From: Eledone cirrhosa
Taxonomy: Eukaryota
Assembly (NCBI GenBank): GCA_964016885.1
Contig: OZ024756.1
Location: 25,110,001 to 25,174,000 of the forward strand
Reading direction: 5' to 3'
DNA: 64,000 bases
Shown here: piece after piece, positions 1 through 14,120 of the stretch
Layout of the letters: each line of letters begins with the position of its first letter
How positions within the stretch are numbered: position 1 is the first letter of the stretch
Notes under the pieces: model-generated
Told to the model about the DNA's origin: nothing
Databases searched by the model: none
Seen by the model: the letters and a program-made list of their open reading frames with translations, nothing else
Program-made: the position numbers and the translations under genes

Positions 1-280
1 TCAAATACATCTCTTGGGTAAACAAATACATCCATCATTTACAATGTCATTAATCTATCCATCAAGTTATACATGCATATATAATTCATATATAATTCAT
101 TGCACCACCCTACATATAAGTTAAACAGATCCCTTATGTTAATAAATTAATCCTATATATATCTGATGTTATTACTCTATACATTTAATTACAGATGCAT
201 ATATAATTCACTGCCGTATCTACTTTAAATACTAGATACGGCAGTATCTAGTATTTAAAGTATTTCTAGTATAAAGAAAA

Positions 281-434
281 AAAGATGAAATCGAAAATGC
301 AACTGGAGTCATATTTTTAAAAAAATATATATATATATATTTGGTTCCTTTACCGGTTTCGCAGTTCGGTAAAGTAACCAAATGAATATATATATATTTT
401 TTTAAATAAGACTCCAGTTGCATTTTCGATTTCA

Positions 435-439
<5 letters not shown>
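281..439. repeat. Imperfect inverted repeat (fold-back), ~72-bp arms
   Basis: aaagatgaaatcgaaaatgcaactggagtc...ttggttcctttaccg is mirrored by cggtaaagtaaccaa...gactccagttgcattttcgatttcatcttt. Confidence 0.8.
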
Positions 440-501
<62 letters not shown>

Positions 502-503
<2 letters not shown>

Positions 504-1133
504 GAAAGTCTTCTTCTCAATGGATTTCCGCATGGATTATCCATTTATTTTGAGACTTGAAACCGTACGGTAAAGGTAACCATAGCAGGTACAGTGAACT
601 TTTTAAAATTTATTTTAAAACTTTTTCTTATTTGCTAAACCTTGATTATATATGTTCTGGCTCGTTAATTTATTAACCTGCCATAGAACCACATTGGCAT
701 ACGGTTGGATAATACATGTGTCCCTATATGCATTTTGCATGTAGGAAAACATACTATTATTATTAATCTCCCCTGGTCGAGATAACATTTTGGTCGTTTT
801 AACTGCTGCTATTTCTAGTGGCAGTACATTGACCTTTCCGCCCCTGCCTTCTATCTTTACACACGGCACTAGACAAGAATGTTTCTTCCTCATACACTTT
901 CAGCCGGGAACAATTCTGTATGGCGCCAGTTCGTGATTTGAACTCGGGAATTTTAAATTCTCCGAGTGAGAAGAACCCTCTGACGAAAGTCTTCTTCTCA
1001 ATGAATTTCCGCATGGATTATCCATTTATTTTGAGACTTGAAACCGCACGGTAAGGGTAATTATATAATTATAGCAGGTACAGTGAACTTTTTAAAATTT
1101 ATTTTAAAACTTTTTCTTATTTGCTAAACCTTG

Positions 1134-1139
<6 letters not shown>
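502..1139 (+). mobile_element. Non-coding hammerhead-carrying 1.3-mer element (retrozyme-like / non-autonomous PLE), unit ~481 bp, in (TA)n
   Basis: 502-650 is repeated at 983-1139; the second copy completes an HHR; (TA)n on both sides; no credible ORF. Confidence 0.7.
975..1058 (+). ncRNA. Type I hammerhead ribozyme, intact core
   Basis: Stem I accct/agggt; CTGACGA 980-986; stem II aagtc/gactt; GAAA 1040-1043; stem III ccg-ca-cgg; GUA cleavage triplet. Confidence 0.85.
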
Positions 1140-1210
<71 letters not shown>

Positions 1211-1212
<2 letters not shown>

Positions 1213-1383
1213 GAAAAGAGTCAGAACACCGAGCTATTTCTGAGTCCAGAAATAACTGTCTAAACGGCTTGACCTCTGCCGTCGGGGTCATACTTTTTCC
1301 TATTACCCACTCTACTACCCAAAGTTTCGAGTACTCTGGTGCGTTATGGTCCACCTGGTTCCTTACCACACTTCCTTCGTTAT
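1211..1383 (+). mobile_element. PLE-derived short element family A (3' end ...ccttaccacacttccttcgtta), copy 1
   Basis: Same sequence at 9249-9786 (-), 11763-11965 (+) and 15317-15500 (-); every 3' end abuts (TA)n. Confidence 0.65.
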
Positions 1384-1426
1384 ATACATATATATATATT
1401 TCAGTCTTCACATTTATTATTATTAC

Positions 1427-1460
<34 letters not shown>

Positions 1461-1465
<5 letters not shown>

Positions 1466-1878
1466 TAAACGGAATAGAAAATGCTGACAAATTGTTCACA
1501 GTTGAAAAATGGTTTAATTAGGAATAAAAGAGTATTAGTGATTGTATTCAGTTGTGGTTTTAAGTTTTTAAGTTTTTACCGGTTGCGCATTTCTAAATGC
1601 TTTTCAAAAATAATTTTGAGATAGAGTGTCCGTGCTGTTTGCTCTGATCAGAGCAAACAGCACGGACACTCTATCTCAAAATTATTTTTGAAAAGCATTT
1701 AGAAATGCGCAACCGGTAAAAACTTAAAAACTTAAAACCACAACTGAATACTAACCCATACAATCACTAATACTCTTGTATTCCTAATTAAACCATTTTT
1801 CAACTGTGAACAATTTGTCAGCATTTTCTATTCCGTTTACCAATATATAATAACTTGTGTGCTACACCTCTATTCTTT

Positions 1879-1882
<4 letters not shown>
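1461..1882 (+). mobile_element. Zero-spacer palindrome (~190-bp arms) plus ~35-nt tail; PLE-type inverted terminal structure
   Basis: 1461-1647 is the reverse complement of 1648-1844 (centre gctctga|tcagagc; 10-nt indel); unpaired tail 1849-1882; (TA)n on both flanks. Confidence 0.75.
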
Positions 1883-1940
<58 letters not shown>

Positions 1941-1944
<4 letters not shown>

Positions 1945-2587
1945 CTTCTTGCACACATTAATTTCTCTATTTTCATTTATATTTATACTCGGAATTTTTC
2001 CTAGAGTGCTTAAAATTATTTGTGACTAATCCCGGCCTTTTTTTTTTAAACCGCGATAATATTGCTATTTTGCTGAACTCCTTACATTTTGTAGTTTTTT
2101 TCGGAATGTTTTTGACTGCTGTTTCTTGTAAACAGACATTCGTCTCATTCTGACGTCAACAGCCATGTTTCTCCATGTGTGTTTATTTTCATAATTCCGC
2201 ACGAAGTGAACTAGCCTGCTTTTAAATTCCCTTTCTGGCATATTTTGGCAGTGATATTTTGGTTATCGTGTTGAGCTCTACTGATGAACGACTCCAACCG
2301 TGACTAATCCCACTGAAAAGTTTCGTGAAATAGTCTTTTTAAGACTATATAGAGCATTTGTAGTTTTCCAAATTTATTTTATTCAGAGTTAAGACTATTG
2401 GTTTTTTCCCTGGATTTCACAAAATCTGTGGATAAAATCTCTGTCTTGACTTTTTTTTAATTGAGTTTGAATTATTTTCCCATATCTTACGTTAATTATT
2501 TTCCATTTTGACGTTATAGTCACTTATATGTTATGAAATACTGTTGGCCTCTTGCACACATTAATTTCTCTATTTCCATTCATTTAT
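1941..2587 (+). mobile_element. Non-coding hammerhead-carrying element with ~45-bp terminal direct repeats, unit ~603 bp, in (TA)n
   Basis: ttggc(t/c)tcttgcacacattaatttctctattt at 1941 and 2544; internal HHR at 2275-2355. Confidence 0.7.
2275..2355 (+). ncRNA. Type I hammerhead ribozyme, intact core
   Basis: Stem I gctcta/tagagc; CTGATGA 2281-2287; stem II acga/tcgt; GAAA 2327-2330; stem III tagtc/gacta; AUA cleavage triplet. Confidence 0.9.
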
Positions 2588-2730
2588 ATATGTATATATA
2601 TATATATATATTATAAATGGTTAAGAATTTTCATAAAATTAGATATGTTTGAACTTAAACCCGCAAAATATGACAGGAAAAGTGATAGAACGTACGGGAT
2701 TCGAACATCGTATTGTTTTATTAAAGAGTG

Positions 2731-2747
2731 TCACACACACACACACA

Positions 2748-2778
<31 letters not shown>

Positions 2779-2895
2779 ACACACACACACATACACACAC
2801 TCTCTCTCTCTCTCTCTCACACACATACACACATACACACACACACACACGCTCTCTCTCTCTCTCTCTCACACACACATACACACACACACACA

Positions 2896-2928
<33 letters not shown>

Positions 2929-2941
2929 ACATACACACACA

Positions 2942-2989
<48 letters not shown>

Positions 2990-3001
2990 TACACACACAC
3001 A

Positions 3002-3033
<32 letters not shown>

Positions 3034-3067
3034 CTCTCTCTCACACACACACATACACACACACACC

Positions 3068-3103
<36 letters not shown>

Positions 3104-3125
3104 CTCTCACACACACACACACTCG

Positions 3126-3156
<31 letters not shown>

Positions 3157-3167
3157 ACATACACACA

Positions 3168-3204
<37 letters not shown>

Positions 3205-3211
3205 ACACACA

Positions 3212-3249
<38 letters not shown>

Positions 3250-3262
3250 CACACACCCACAC
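2731..3262. repeat. Compound (CA)n/(CT)n microsatellite array
   Basis: Alternating blocks of CA and CT repeats; source of several spurious ORFs. Confidence 0.95.
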
Positions 3263-3457
3263 AGAAGCATATAGGTATATAAACTGAGAAAGAGAAATAA
3301 TGTGAAAAAAGTGAGTTGATAGACAGTAACTGATCGGTAGACAGTGTATGTGTGTGTGTGCGTATGTGTGTTTCGTGCGCGCACGTCTGCGTGTGTATGT
3401 GTGTGTGCGTGCATGCGTGTGCGTATGTGTCATACGAAGGGAGAGAGAGAGGTGGGG

Positions 3458-3533
<76 letters not shown>

Positions 3534-3931
3534 TCAATTAGAGAGATAGACAGATAGATATATTTGTCTTGGACAAGTATTATTTCAGCATAGTGTTGAT
3601 CACGTGATTAGAAAAACGAACAAAACAAAAACAAACACAAACCAACAACAAAGAAACAAAACAAAAACAATCCAGTCAAAAATCTTTCTCAGTGTTTAAA
3701 GGTTTCTTTACAAATATCCGTATTTTACCGGAAACCCGTTTGTGTTGACGCTGTCTATATCACATATACAGTTTGTTTTCTTAAATGATGATGATGATGA
3801 TGATGATGGAGATAATCATCATCACCATCTTCATCATCATCGTCATCACCTTCATTCTTCCTCTTCTTCTTTCCTTACAGACACTACCACCCCAGAGTTT
3901 CATACAATAACAAGCATTACTATACAATCCA

Positions 3932-3981
<50 letters not shown>

Positions 3982-4142
3982 GGAGGTGAGTTTTATGGTA
4001 GAACAATAAAACTATGCATATATCAGATAAGTAGCACTCAACAGTTGATAGAACTGGAGTATATATAAGTAGATATATATTAGTAAATCCATCTTGGATA
4101 GAATTATCCCACAGGTTTGCTCTAATTCTCAATTAAATTGAT

Positions 4143-5280
4143 GTGATAGACTGGTTCAATGACCTGAATAATAAAAACAAACTAAAATTTATTCAGCTTG
4201 ACATTGCCAGTTACTATTCTTCTATTTCTTCTTCACTCCTCAACAAGTCTCTCTCTTATGCATTTAAATACTCGGACATCACTACAGATGAATTGAACAT
4301 CATTCTCACCGCAAGAAAAACTATCCTGGAATTTAACAATGAATATTGGACAAGAGCTTATACTTCCAACAATTTTGACATCACCATGGGTTCGTCGGAT
4401 TCAGCGCAATTGACAGACTTGGTTGGAATCTTCATCCTGAACTCTTTAAATCGGAAAATTCCTCAACTTCGCGGTGGAATATATCGTGATGATGCCCTTT
4501 TTACTGTCTTAAACTGTAACATAGTAAACCTTAATATTATCAAGAATAATATACTTGAACTATTTAAGCACCTTAACCTAAAAATTGAATTTGAGAACAA
4601 CGTTAAATTAGCTAACTTCCTAGATATATCCCTTAATCTAGATACCGGCCTATATTACCCATACCATAAGGATAATGAGAATCTAAATTATGTAAATTTT
4701 AAATCAAGCCACCCTATTAATGTTAAAACTGCTATAGTCAGAAATGTTGAAAAAAGAATCTCTAATCTATCTTCTAATAAACTTATCTTTGATGCCAACG
4801 CCAACTATCACAATAATGCGCTATCCAGAGCTGGATATCCAGACAAAATTAAATACACTAAAGAAACCAATCTTGGTAGAACTTATAGTAATATAGCTAG
4901 TTATAAGCATACCAATAACATAAAGAGGAGACCTAGATATAAAAATATCATTTGGTACAACGCTCCATTCTCTCTTTCATTTATTAGTAATATCCCTGAA
5001 TTATTTTTTAGGGCGTTTGATAATTGCTTCCCTCCTTCACATATTTATAGTAAGATTTTTAATAAGCATACCATTAAATTCTCATATTCCACCACTTCCA
5101 ACATTTCTAACATTATCTCAAAACATATTCTAATGCTTCCATATCTAGGGCTTGTAATTTATGTCTAGCTGAAAAATTTACCATTATCTCGAATTTCAAC
5201 TCTATAATAAATAGACGCACCGATTTATTTGCTCTCTGCATCCATAAATCTCTTAGGTCATTTCACAAAGTATACAGCTA
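4143..5280 (+). mobile_element. Truncated, internally deleted Penelope-like element (RT fragment)
   Basis: FIQLDIASYYSSI, ITMGSSDSA, GIYRDD, NFLDI, IIWYNAPFS; colinear with the 57238-59562 ORF; C-terminal remnant NRRTDLFALCIHK near 5210. Confidence 0.85.
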
Positions 5281-5754
5281 ATACCCTATATCTTTATATA
5301 TAGTATATAAATGTATTCATGCACATTTCAGGACACAACCAAAAGAAATGAGCTCATGCGAAATAAATTGTTTTTTTGAAGGGTTATCGTTGTCTCATTT
5401 CGTTTCTACTAACTGGTTTTCGCTTTTTATGAGATGTTCAAAAGTTAAATTTTCAACTTGTTAGTAAAAAAAAGGACATAACCATGACTCATGAAAACAC
5501 CCTTTTTAAAGAAATATATAATTGATTTTGTATGAACTAATTTTTTTTCCTTTTGTACTGTAAATTTGTGTATATCGATAAGAAAATATATTAGGTGTTT
5601 CTGAAAATCTTTATGATTATTGTTTTTCACACACATATATTGTATGTCTCCTTGCTGTCGCCTATCAAATATATTTATTTGCGAGGCGTTTTTAAATTAT
5701 AGTAATTTCAGTTGTAACCTGTGACAAGTTATGCTTGTACACACACACACACAC

Positions 5755-5843
<89 letters not shown>

Positions 5844-5862
5844 CTTGTACACATACACACAC

Positions 5863-5929
<67 letters not shown>

Positions 5930-6097
5930 TATAGATAGATAGACAGATAGATACAAATATATAAATATATACATACATGTATATGTGTGTGTGTTTGTAT
6001 GTGTGTGTGTAGGTCCACAGTGAAATAGGGGGCAACCACAGATAAAATAGGAGCTCAATACATTAGTTGAATGTAAACATCATCATTTAATAAAGAA

Positions 6098-6153
6098 CTG
6101 GCGTCTACAGGACTAGAACAGTTTCATTCGTATCAAATCATCAGGAATGCCAG
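6098..6153 (-). ncRNA. Degenerate hammerhead motif
   Basis: Minus strand CTGATGA-t-tt..aa-t-GAAA-ctg/tag-TC; stem I ctggc/gccag is displaced by an insertion. Confidence 0.5.
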
Positions 6154-6374
6154 TAATGCCAGACCCTCGCGGGATACTCCCTTGATAATGGGTTTTAAAC
6201 ACAAAAATATTTGGGATAATTAAATTTGCTACGATAAGATTCTATTGTTATCTTGCTACCATTAATTTTCTAATGCATTGTATGGCTTTTAAAATTATTT
6301 TATAATCTATATTTCATATTCTATAATGCTTCAAGTAAACTACAACACTCATATATATATATACATATATATAT

Positions 6375-6434
<60 letters not shown>

Positions 6435-6451
6435 ATATATATATGTATATA

Positions 6452-8270
<1,819 letters not shown>

Positions 8271-8465
8271 TAAATAAAAATGAGGAATGTGTGATTACTA
8301 TAATTATATATATGCCCACAATAATATAGCATGCCGCCTAATTTACGTTAACAATCAGTATATTTATTGCGGTGATTATAATTATAGTAATCACACATAC
8401 CTCATTTTTATTTAAACATAACATTTTTATACTTAGATTTATTTCCATTATATCTGAGTGTCTGT

Positions 8466-8564
<99 letters not shown>

Positions 8565-8595
8565 TGTGTAAATATATATATACATACACATATAA

Positions 8596-8734
<139 letters not shown>

Positions 8735-8750
8735 CGCGCGTGTGTGTGCA

Positions 8751-8784
<34 letters not shown>

Positions 8785-8959
8785 CGCGCGTGTGTGTGCA
8801 TTTGTGTGTGTGTGTGAGAGAGAGAGTATGTGTGTGTGTGAATATAAGCGAGCGCGTGTACAATTTCAGCCATTAGGAAGGTGGGATGAAATTTGGCGAA
8901 ATATTGATTTTCATGTAATTGCATAGCAGTGTATAAAAAAATACCATGTGTTAATGTCG

Positions 8960-9052
<93 letters not shown>

Positions 9053-9055
<3 letters not shown>

Positions 9056-9215
9056 TTCGATTCCCGGACCAGGCGATGCGTTGTGTCCTTGAGCAAGACA
9101 CATTATTTCATGTTGCTCCTTCTACCTGGAGTTGTGACCGATAGATAGTATTAGCAATTGGAAAGACCAATAGAAACATTGTTTCCTCGTTCCGATTTGA
9201 CGAAAGTCGATCGAC
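9053..9215 (+). mobile_element. 5'-truncated tRNA-derived SINE (second family)
   Basis: B-box-like gagttcgattccc followed by tgtgtccttgagcaagacac. Confidence 0.55.
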
Positions 9216-9217
9216 TG

Positions 9218-9248
<31 letters not shown>

Positions 9249-9249
<1 letters not shown>

Positions 9250-9786
9250 ACAAAGGAATTGTGGTAAGGAACCAGATGGACCATAACGCACCAGAGTCTT
9301 CAATACTTAGGGTAGTAGAGTGGGAAATAGGAAAAAGTATGACCCCGACGGCAGAGCTCAAGCCCTTTCGACGGCTATTTCTGGACTAAATTAGAATTTT
9401 TAGCCTGGTGAATAAATAGCCGAACTTTTCAAGGGGGTACTTACTTATATGGGAAGATTGTAGTTGTCAAGAGGATTGGTTAAAATTTGTTGTAAACACA
9501 AATAAGTCTATCATGGCATTTGGTGGGAGGTAGGGGTGGCTGAACTTGCCTGTAGAACAAAAGGCAAGTTCAGCCACCCCTACCTCCCACCAAATGCCAT
9601 GATAGACTTATTTGTGTTTACAACAAATTTTACCCAATCCTCTTGACAACTACAATCTTCCCATATAAGTAAGTACCCCCTTGAAAAGTTCGGCTATTTA
9701 TTCACCAGGCTAAAAATTCTAATTTAGTCCAGAAATAGCCGTCGAAACAGCTTGAGCTCTGCCATCGGGGTCATACTTTTTCCTAT
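9249..9786 (-). mobile_element. Family A fold-back copy: 225-bp inverted arms, 10-nt loop, 78-nt tail
   Basis: 9327-9551 mirrors 9562-9786; tail 9249-9326; decayed HHR-like fold (cggctattt/aaatagccg then GAAAC). Confidence 0.75.
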
Positions 9787-9809
9787 ATATATATATATAT
9801 ATATATATA

Positions 9810-10645
9810 TTTGAAAAAAAAGGAAAAGAATGACTTCACTTGTAGTGTTAAAAAATTTGATTTAATTTTATAATATTATAATATTATGAGTTGGTAGATC
9901 TAGTTGGTTCTCTGTTAACTTCGGTGGGAAGAATTTTAAAGATTCCTGGTTAACTTTTATTGGAGAACTTTCTCGCATTCGTCTGTGGCGAATGTCAAAC
10001 TGAGATCAGGTTGTGTTGAGATGTGTGACTATATATAAGAGAGATTTAGATGTGTCTGGGGTGTGGGGTGTTAATGAGTGTTGATGATGATGAAGATTTG
10101 GAGGACTTAAAGCATACACACACGCACACACACACAGAGTTGATTCAGCTATGTCATTATATACTTATCAAAGGTCAGCTAATGAAATAAAACCAGCAGG
10201 AGAGGATGTTTACAACCACCTTCTCAAACACCCTTATCTTACAACCTCATCATTTTCTGAGTGTATATATATGTGTGTGTATGTGTGTGCGTGTGTGTAT
10301 GTATGCTTTAATTCTTCCAAATCTTCATCATCATCAACATTCATTAACACCACACCCCACACCACAGACACATCTAAATCTCTCTTATATAGAGTCACAC
10401 ATCTCAACACAACCTGATCTCAGTTTGACAATCGCCACAGACGAATGCGAGAAAGTTCTCCAATAAAAGTTAACCAGGAATCTTTAAAATTCTTCCCACC
10501 GAAGTTAACAGAGAACCAACTAGATCTACCAACTCATAATATTATAATATTATAAAATTAAATCAAATTTGTTAACACTACAAGTGAAGTCATTCTTTTC
10601 CTTTTTTTCAAATATACCTAACTGTACCAAGGATCTATTTTCAAA
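9810..10645 (+). mobile_element. Fold-back element: ~320-bp inverted arms, ~150-bp spacer, ~30-nt tail, in (TA)n
   Basis: 9810-10130 mirrors ~10285-10616; tail cctaactgtaccaaggatctattttcaaa. Confidence 0.75.
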
Positions 10646-10900
10646 TATATATATTTAAATTCATAGAAATCTGGGACTTGTCTCTTTCTTCCTCACTTTC
10701 TGTTGCTTCACCATTTTGTTTGTTTACCCTCGCGTCCCCTTTATTTACGTGTCCCAACGACTTTTTTTAGCCGTTGCTCGCACCAACCGGAGGTATATGG
10801 TCTTTAAAGCGATGAAATGCCTATGATGGTTGGAAGATCACTGATGAAGGACAAACTTTTTTCATATGTAACCCATTTGCAACTCCGCAGCGCCCTTATT

Positions 10901-11008
<108 letters not shown>

Positions 11009-11040
11009 CTAGCAAAGTACCCGTCAAAAATGACGCAGTT
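11009..11040 (-). mobile_element. Helitron-type 3' terminus
   Basis: Minus strand hairpin cgtca-tttt-tgacg, then CTAG followed by T, in (TA)n. Confidence 0.5.
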
Positions 11041-11408
11041 TATAGTAAAAATATTTCATTTAATAGTTCCTTGAATCCATTATCCCCCATTGTCAGTCAT
11101 TCGGGGCGTCGTTGTATTTCATTTTACATACATTTAAATCAAATACCATATTTTTCTTCCACATTTTTTCAGCAGCTGTCAGTATCAGATATGGATATAA
11201 ATGTCAACGATATACGATCTGTCAATGTCATGTGACATTATTTACTGTAGCATATATGATGAACAACTATGGTAGGTGACCTTGTAATATTGAACTGGAT
11301 ATATATCTTTTTAATAATGCCACTTTGACGAATCAAAGAAAGGATAAAAAAAAGACAAACAGACTCTAAAATATATTTTCTGTGCTATATCCAACTTCAC
11401 CTTCTCTC

Positions 11409-11519
<111 letters not shown>

Positions 11520-11762
11520 TTTTTACATTCATTTGATTTATTGATTTATTGATATTTTATCTGAGTGTCCCGAATCTTCCATATCGCAATTTTTCGGTCG
11601 TATGGTTGATTGTAGACATATTCTACGTGTGACGGTATTTTAACGATAGTTATAGCTCTGATTTATCTGAATTATGGAACCCTCTGCCGCTCATCTCGAA
11701 TTTTGTTTATCGTGAACTCGTGCGCCGATTTTTCGATACTCGATTATTCTACTATATATATA

Positions 11763-11961
11763 TAGGAAAATGTTAGACCCCCACGGCAGAGTTCAAGACG
11801 TTTCGACGGCTGTTTCTGGACTGAAGACTGAAATAGCCGCCGAAACGGCTTGAGCTCTGCCGTCAGGGGTCTAACATTTTCCTATTACCCACTCTACTAC
11901 CCTAAGTATTGAGTACTCTTGTGCGTTATGGACAATCTGATTCCTTACCACACCTCCTTCG

Positions 11962-11965
<4 letters not shown>
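11763..11965 (+). mobile_element. Family A fold-back copy with short (~58-bp) arms plus tail
   Basis: taggaaaatgttagacccc...ggggtctaacattttccta, then the family A tail; the left arm read on the minus strand gives GAAACGTC. Confidence 0.7.
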
Positions 11966-12032
<67 letters not shown>

Positions 12033-12035
<3 letters not shown>

Positions 12036-12318
12036 TTTCAGACGTTCAATCATCTGGCAGGAAGGTATACGTTGCTGACGATAACTAATAAGCTTGAATC
12101 TAGTACAGCGTTCCTTTCTCAGTGTTGAACAAATGAGCAACGCTGGTTGCTAGACACTGTACGGCTTAATTCGGGGTGTTTGTTTACAAACACACCGAGC
12201 ATTATAATACATTTTCGGTGAATCCATACGTACATATATGTATGTGTGCATGTATGTATATATATGTATACATATATGTATGGTCGTATACATACTTATA
12301 TATATATCTATCTATCTA

Positions 12319-12374
<56 letters not shown>

Positions 12375-12815
12375 TATGTATACGTACATACATATATGTA
12401 TACAGACGTACAGTAGTATGTATATATATATACCTACATGCACACATCTATATATGTACATATGGATTCCCCGAACATTTATTATAATGCAAACATCCTA
12501 ACATTTATTATAATGCAAACATCCTGAATGTAAACAAATAATGCAAACATCCTGAATGTAAACAAACATCCTGAATTAAGCCGTACAGTGTCTAGCAACC
12601 ATCGTTGCTCATTTGTTCAACACTGACAAAGGAACGCTGTACTAGTTTCAAGCTTATTAGCTATCGTCAGCAACGTATACCTTTCTGCCAGATGATTGAA
12701 CGTCTGAAAGTAAATACTTTCCTTATGGATATTAACGGCTGAGCAGCCTAATTTGCATATCGAATGAGTTAATCGGCCGGGGTACCGAAAACGATAAACG
12801 GAAAAAATGAAACGA
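12033..12815. mobile_element. Fold-back element with 156-bp inverted arms, each carrying a hammerhead
   Basis: 12033-12188 mirrors 12557-12712; HHR at 12069-12111 (+, GAAA>GAAT) and 12634-12676 (-, intact). Confidence 0.75.
12634..12676 (-). ncRNA. Minimal type I hammerhead, intact core
   Basis: Minus strand acgttg-CTGACGA-t-agct-aata-agct-t-GAAA-ctag-TA-cagcgt. Confidence 0.8.
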
Positions 12816-13937
12816 AATATATATATATATATATTAAATGGAAAAGTACCGATTCTTTGCTTAAACTTTAATCTATAGAGAGAGAGGAGACAGAGAGAAG
12901 GGGAGAGAACGAAAAACTCTAAGTCATATCTTGTTGAGTTAACTTAACAATTGAGATGAAATGAATAAATAAAATTAGAAATGTTAATAATCATGAATGG
13001 AATATACATATATAATATGAGAAATTAACCATTGTTTAAATATGATTAGATGTTTAGTTAATCATTTAAAAATTGACATCAATATATTAAAAATTGGGAT
13101 TTATACATTAAGAAATCCATATATTACTAGAGAAATATATATTATATAACACGTATACACACGCAAAAATACATATAAATATATATACACACTTATAAAA
13201 TACATAACATATCTAACTACGTATATAATATATACACACAAAGCATAAAGGATTCTTTAATTTAATTTAAGATATAGGAATCTTAAAAATGTTATAATTG
13301 TTAAGATATTAAAGGAAATATTATGTTATACACACTTTATGTTATTAAACAAAATTTTTTTATATAAGTTTTATAAGATTACCTGTTATGTATTTATGGC
13401 TGTTATTATATGTCTATCTGTCGCGAATCTTGGGATAATCACTATACATAAGTGCAATCAAATTGTATGGATATACACGCACACGCATACACATAATTCT
13501 CACATATACATATATATACATGTGTGTGTACCCTCAGCCAACACATATATATATGTATGTATTATGTATGTATATATATTGTTATACATTGGGAGCGTCA
13601 AGCTGCCAATTAAAACCCACGCACTTGTTTGGTTTCACTTCAATTTATCACATATCTCCAGTTTGTTGGTTTAATAACCGGTTGTTTATTTATTGTCAAA
13701 GGTCTTTTGTCAGACATTCTGTGACCTCCTCAAGGACTAATTTGTTATTTTCTATTTGTTCTATCTGTGTGTGTCTGGTTTGTTGTATTAATTTGGTTCT
13801 TGTGTGTCTCCGTATGTCTTTATTTTGGCCTTAATTACTAGTTGTGATGTTGCTATTCCACTCATGTTTTCTGTTTAATTTTGAATATTTTTTTTATCCC
13901 GTTTGTAAAATAAGTTGCACTACTTTGAATAAATAAT

Positions 13938-14120
13938 TGTTTCTACTTTAGGCACAAGGCCAGCAATTATCCAGTGCATTACTGGTACTTTATTTTATCG
14001 ACCCCGTAAGGATGAAAGGCAAAGTCAACCTCAGCGGGATTTGAACTCAGACCTTAAAGGGACGTAACTATGCTGGAAAGCATGGCGTCCGACTCTCTAC
14101 CGGTACTGCCAATCCACCGC
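13938..14120 (-). mobile_element. Full-length tRNA-derived SINE (Nin/Deu-domain-like, octopus type) with 17-bp TSD
   Basis: B box gagttcaaatccc; core gcctttcatccttacggggtcgataaaataaagtaccag; TSD tactttgaataaataat at 13921-13937 and 14121-14137. Confidence 0.9.

Noticed and set aside
2552-3557. Long ORFs rich in HT/LS/YI/CV/RE dipeptides here and throughout the window
   Set aside because: Translations of (CA)n, (CT)n, (TA)n and (GA)n microsatellites, which lack stop codons; not genes.
10835-10870. CTGATGA followed by aggacaaac
   Set aside because: No GAAA or pairing stems could be built; at best a heavily decayed HHR.
12615-12710. Plus-strand hammerhead enclosing the minus-strand one (ambisense, viroid-like)
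   Set aside because: The core reads CTGACAA/CTGAGAA and GAAC, with a gap after the putative stem II; too many deviations to support.
13938-14120. tRNA gene
   Set aside because: It has A/B-box-like motifs but no cloverleaf, and continues into a SINE core and tail with a TSD.
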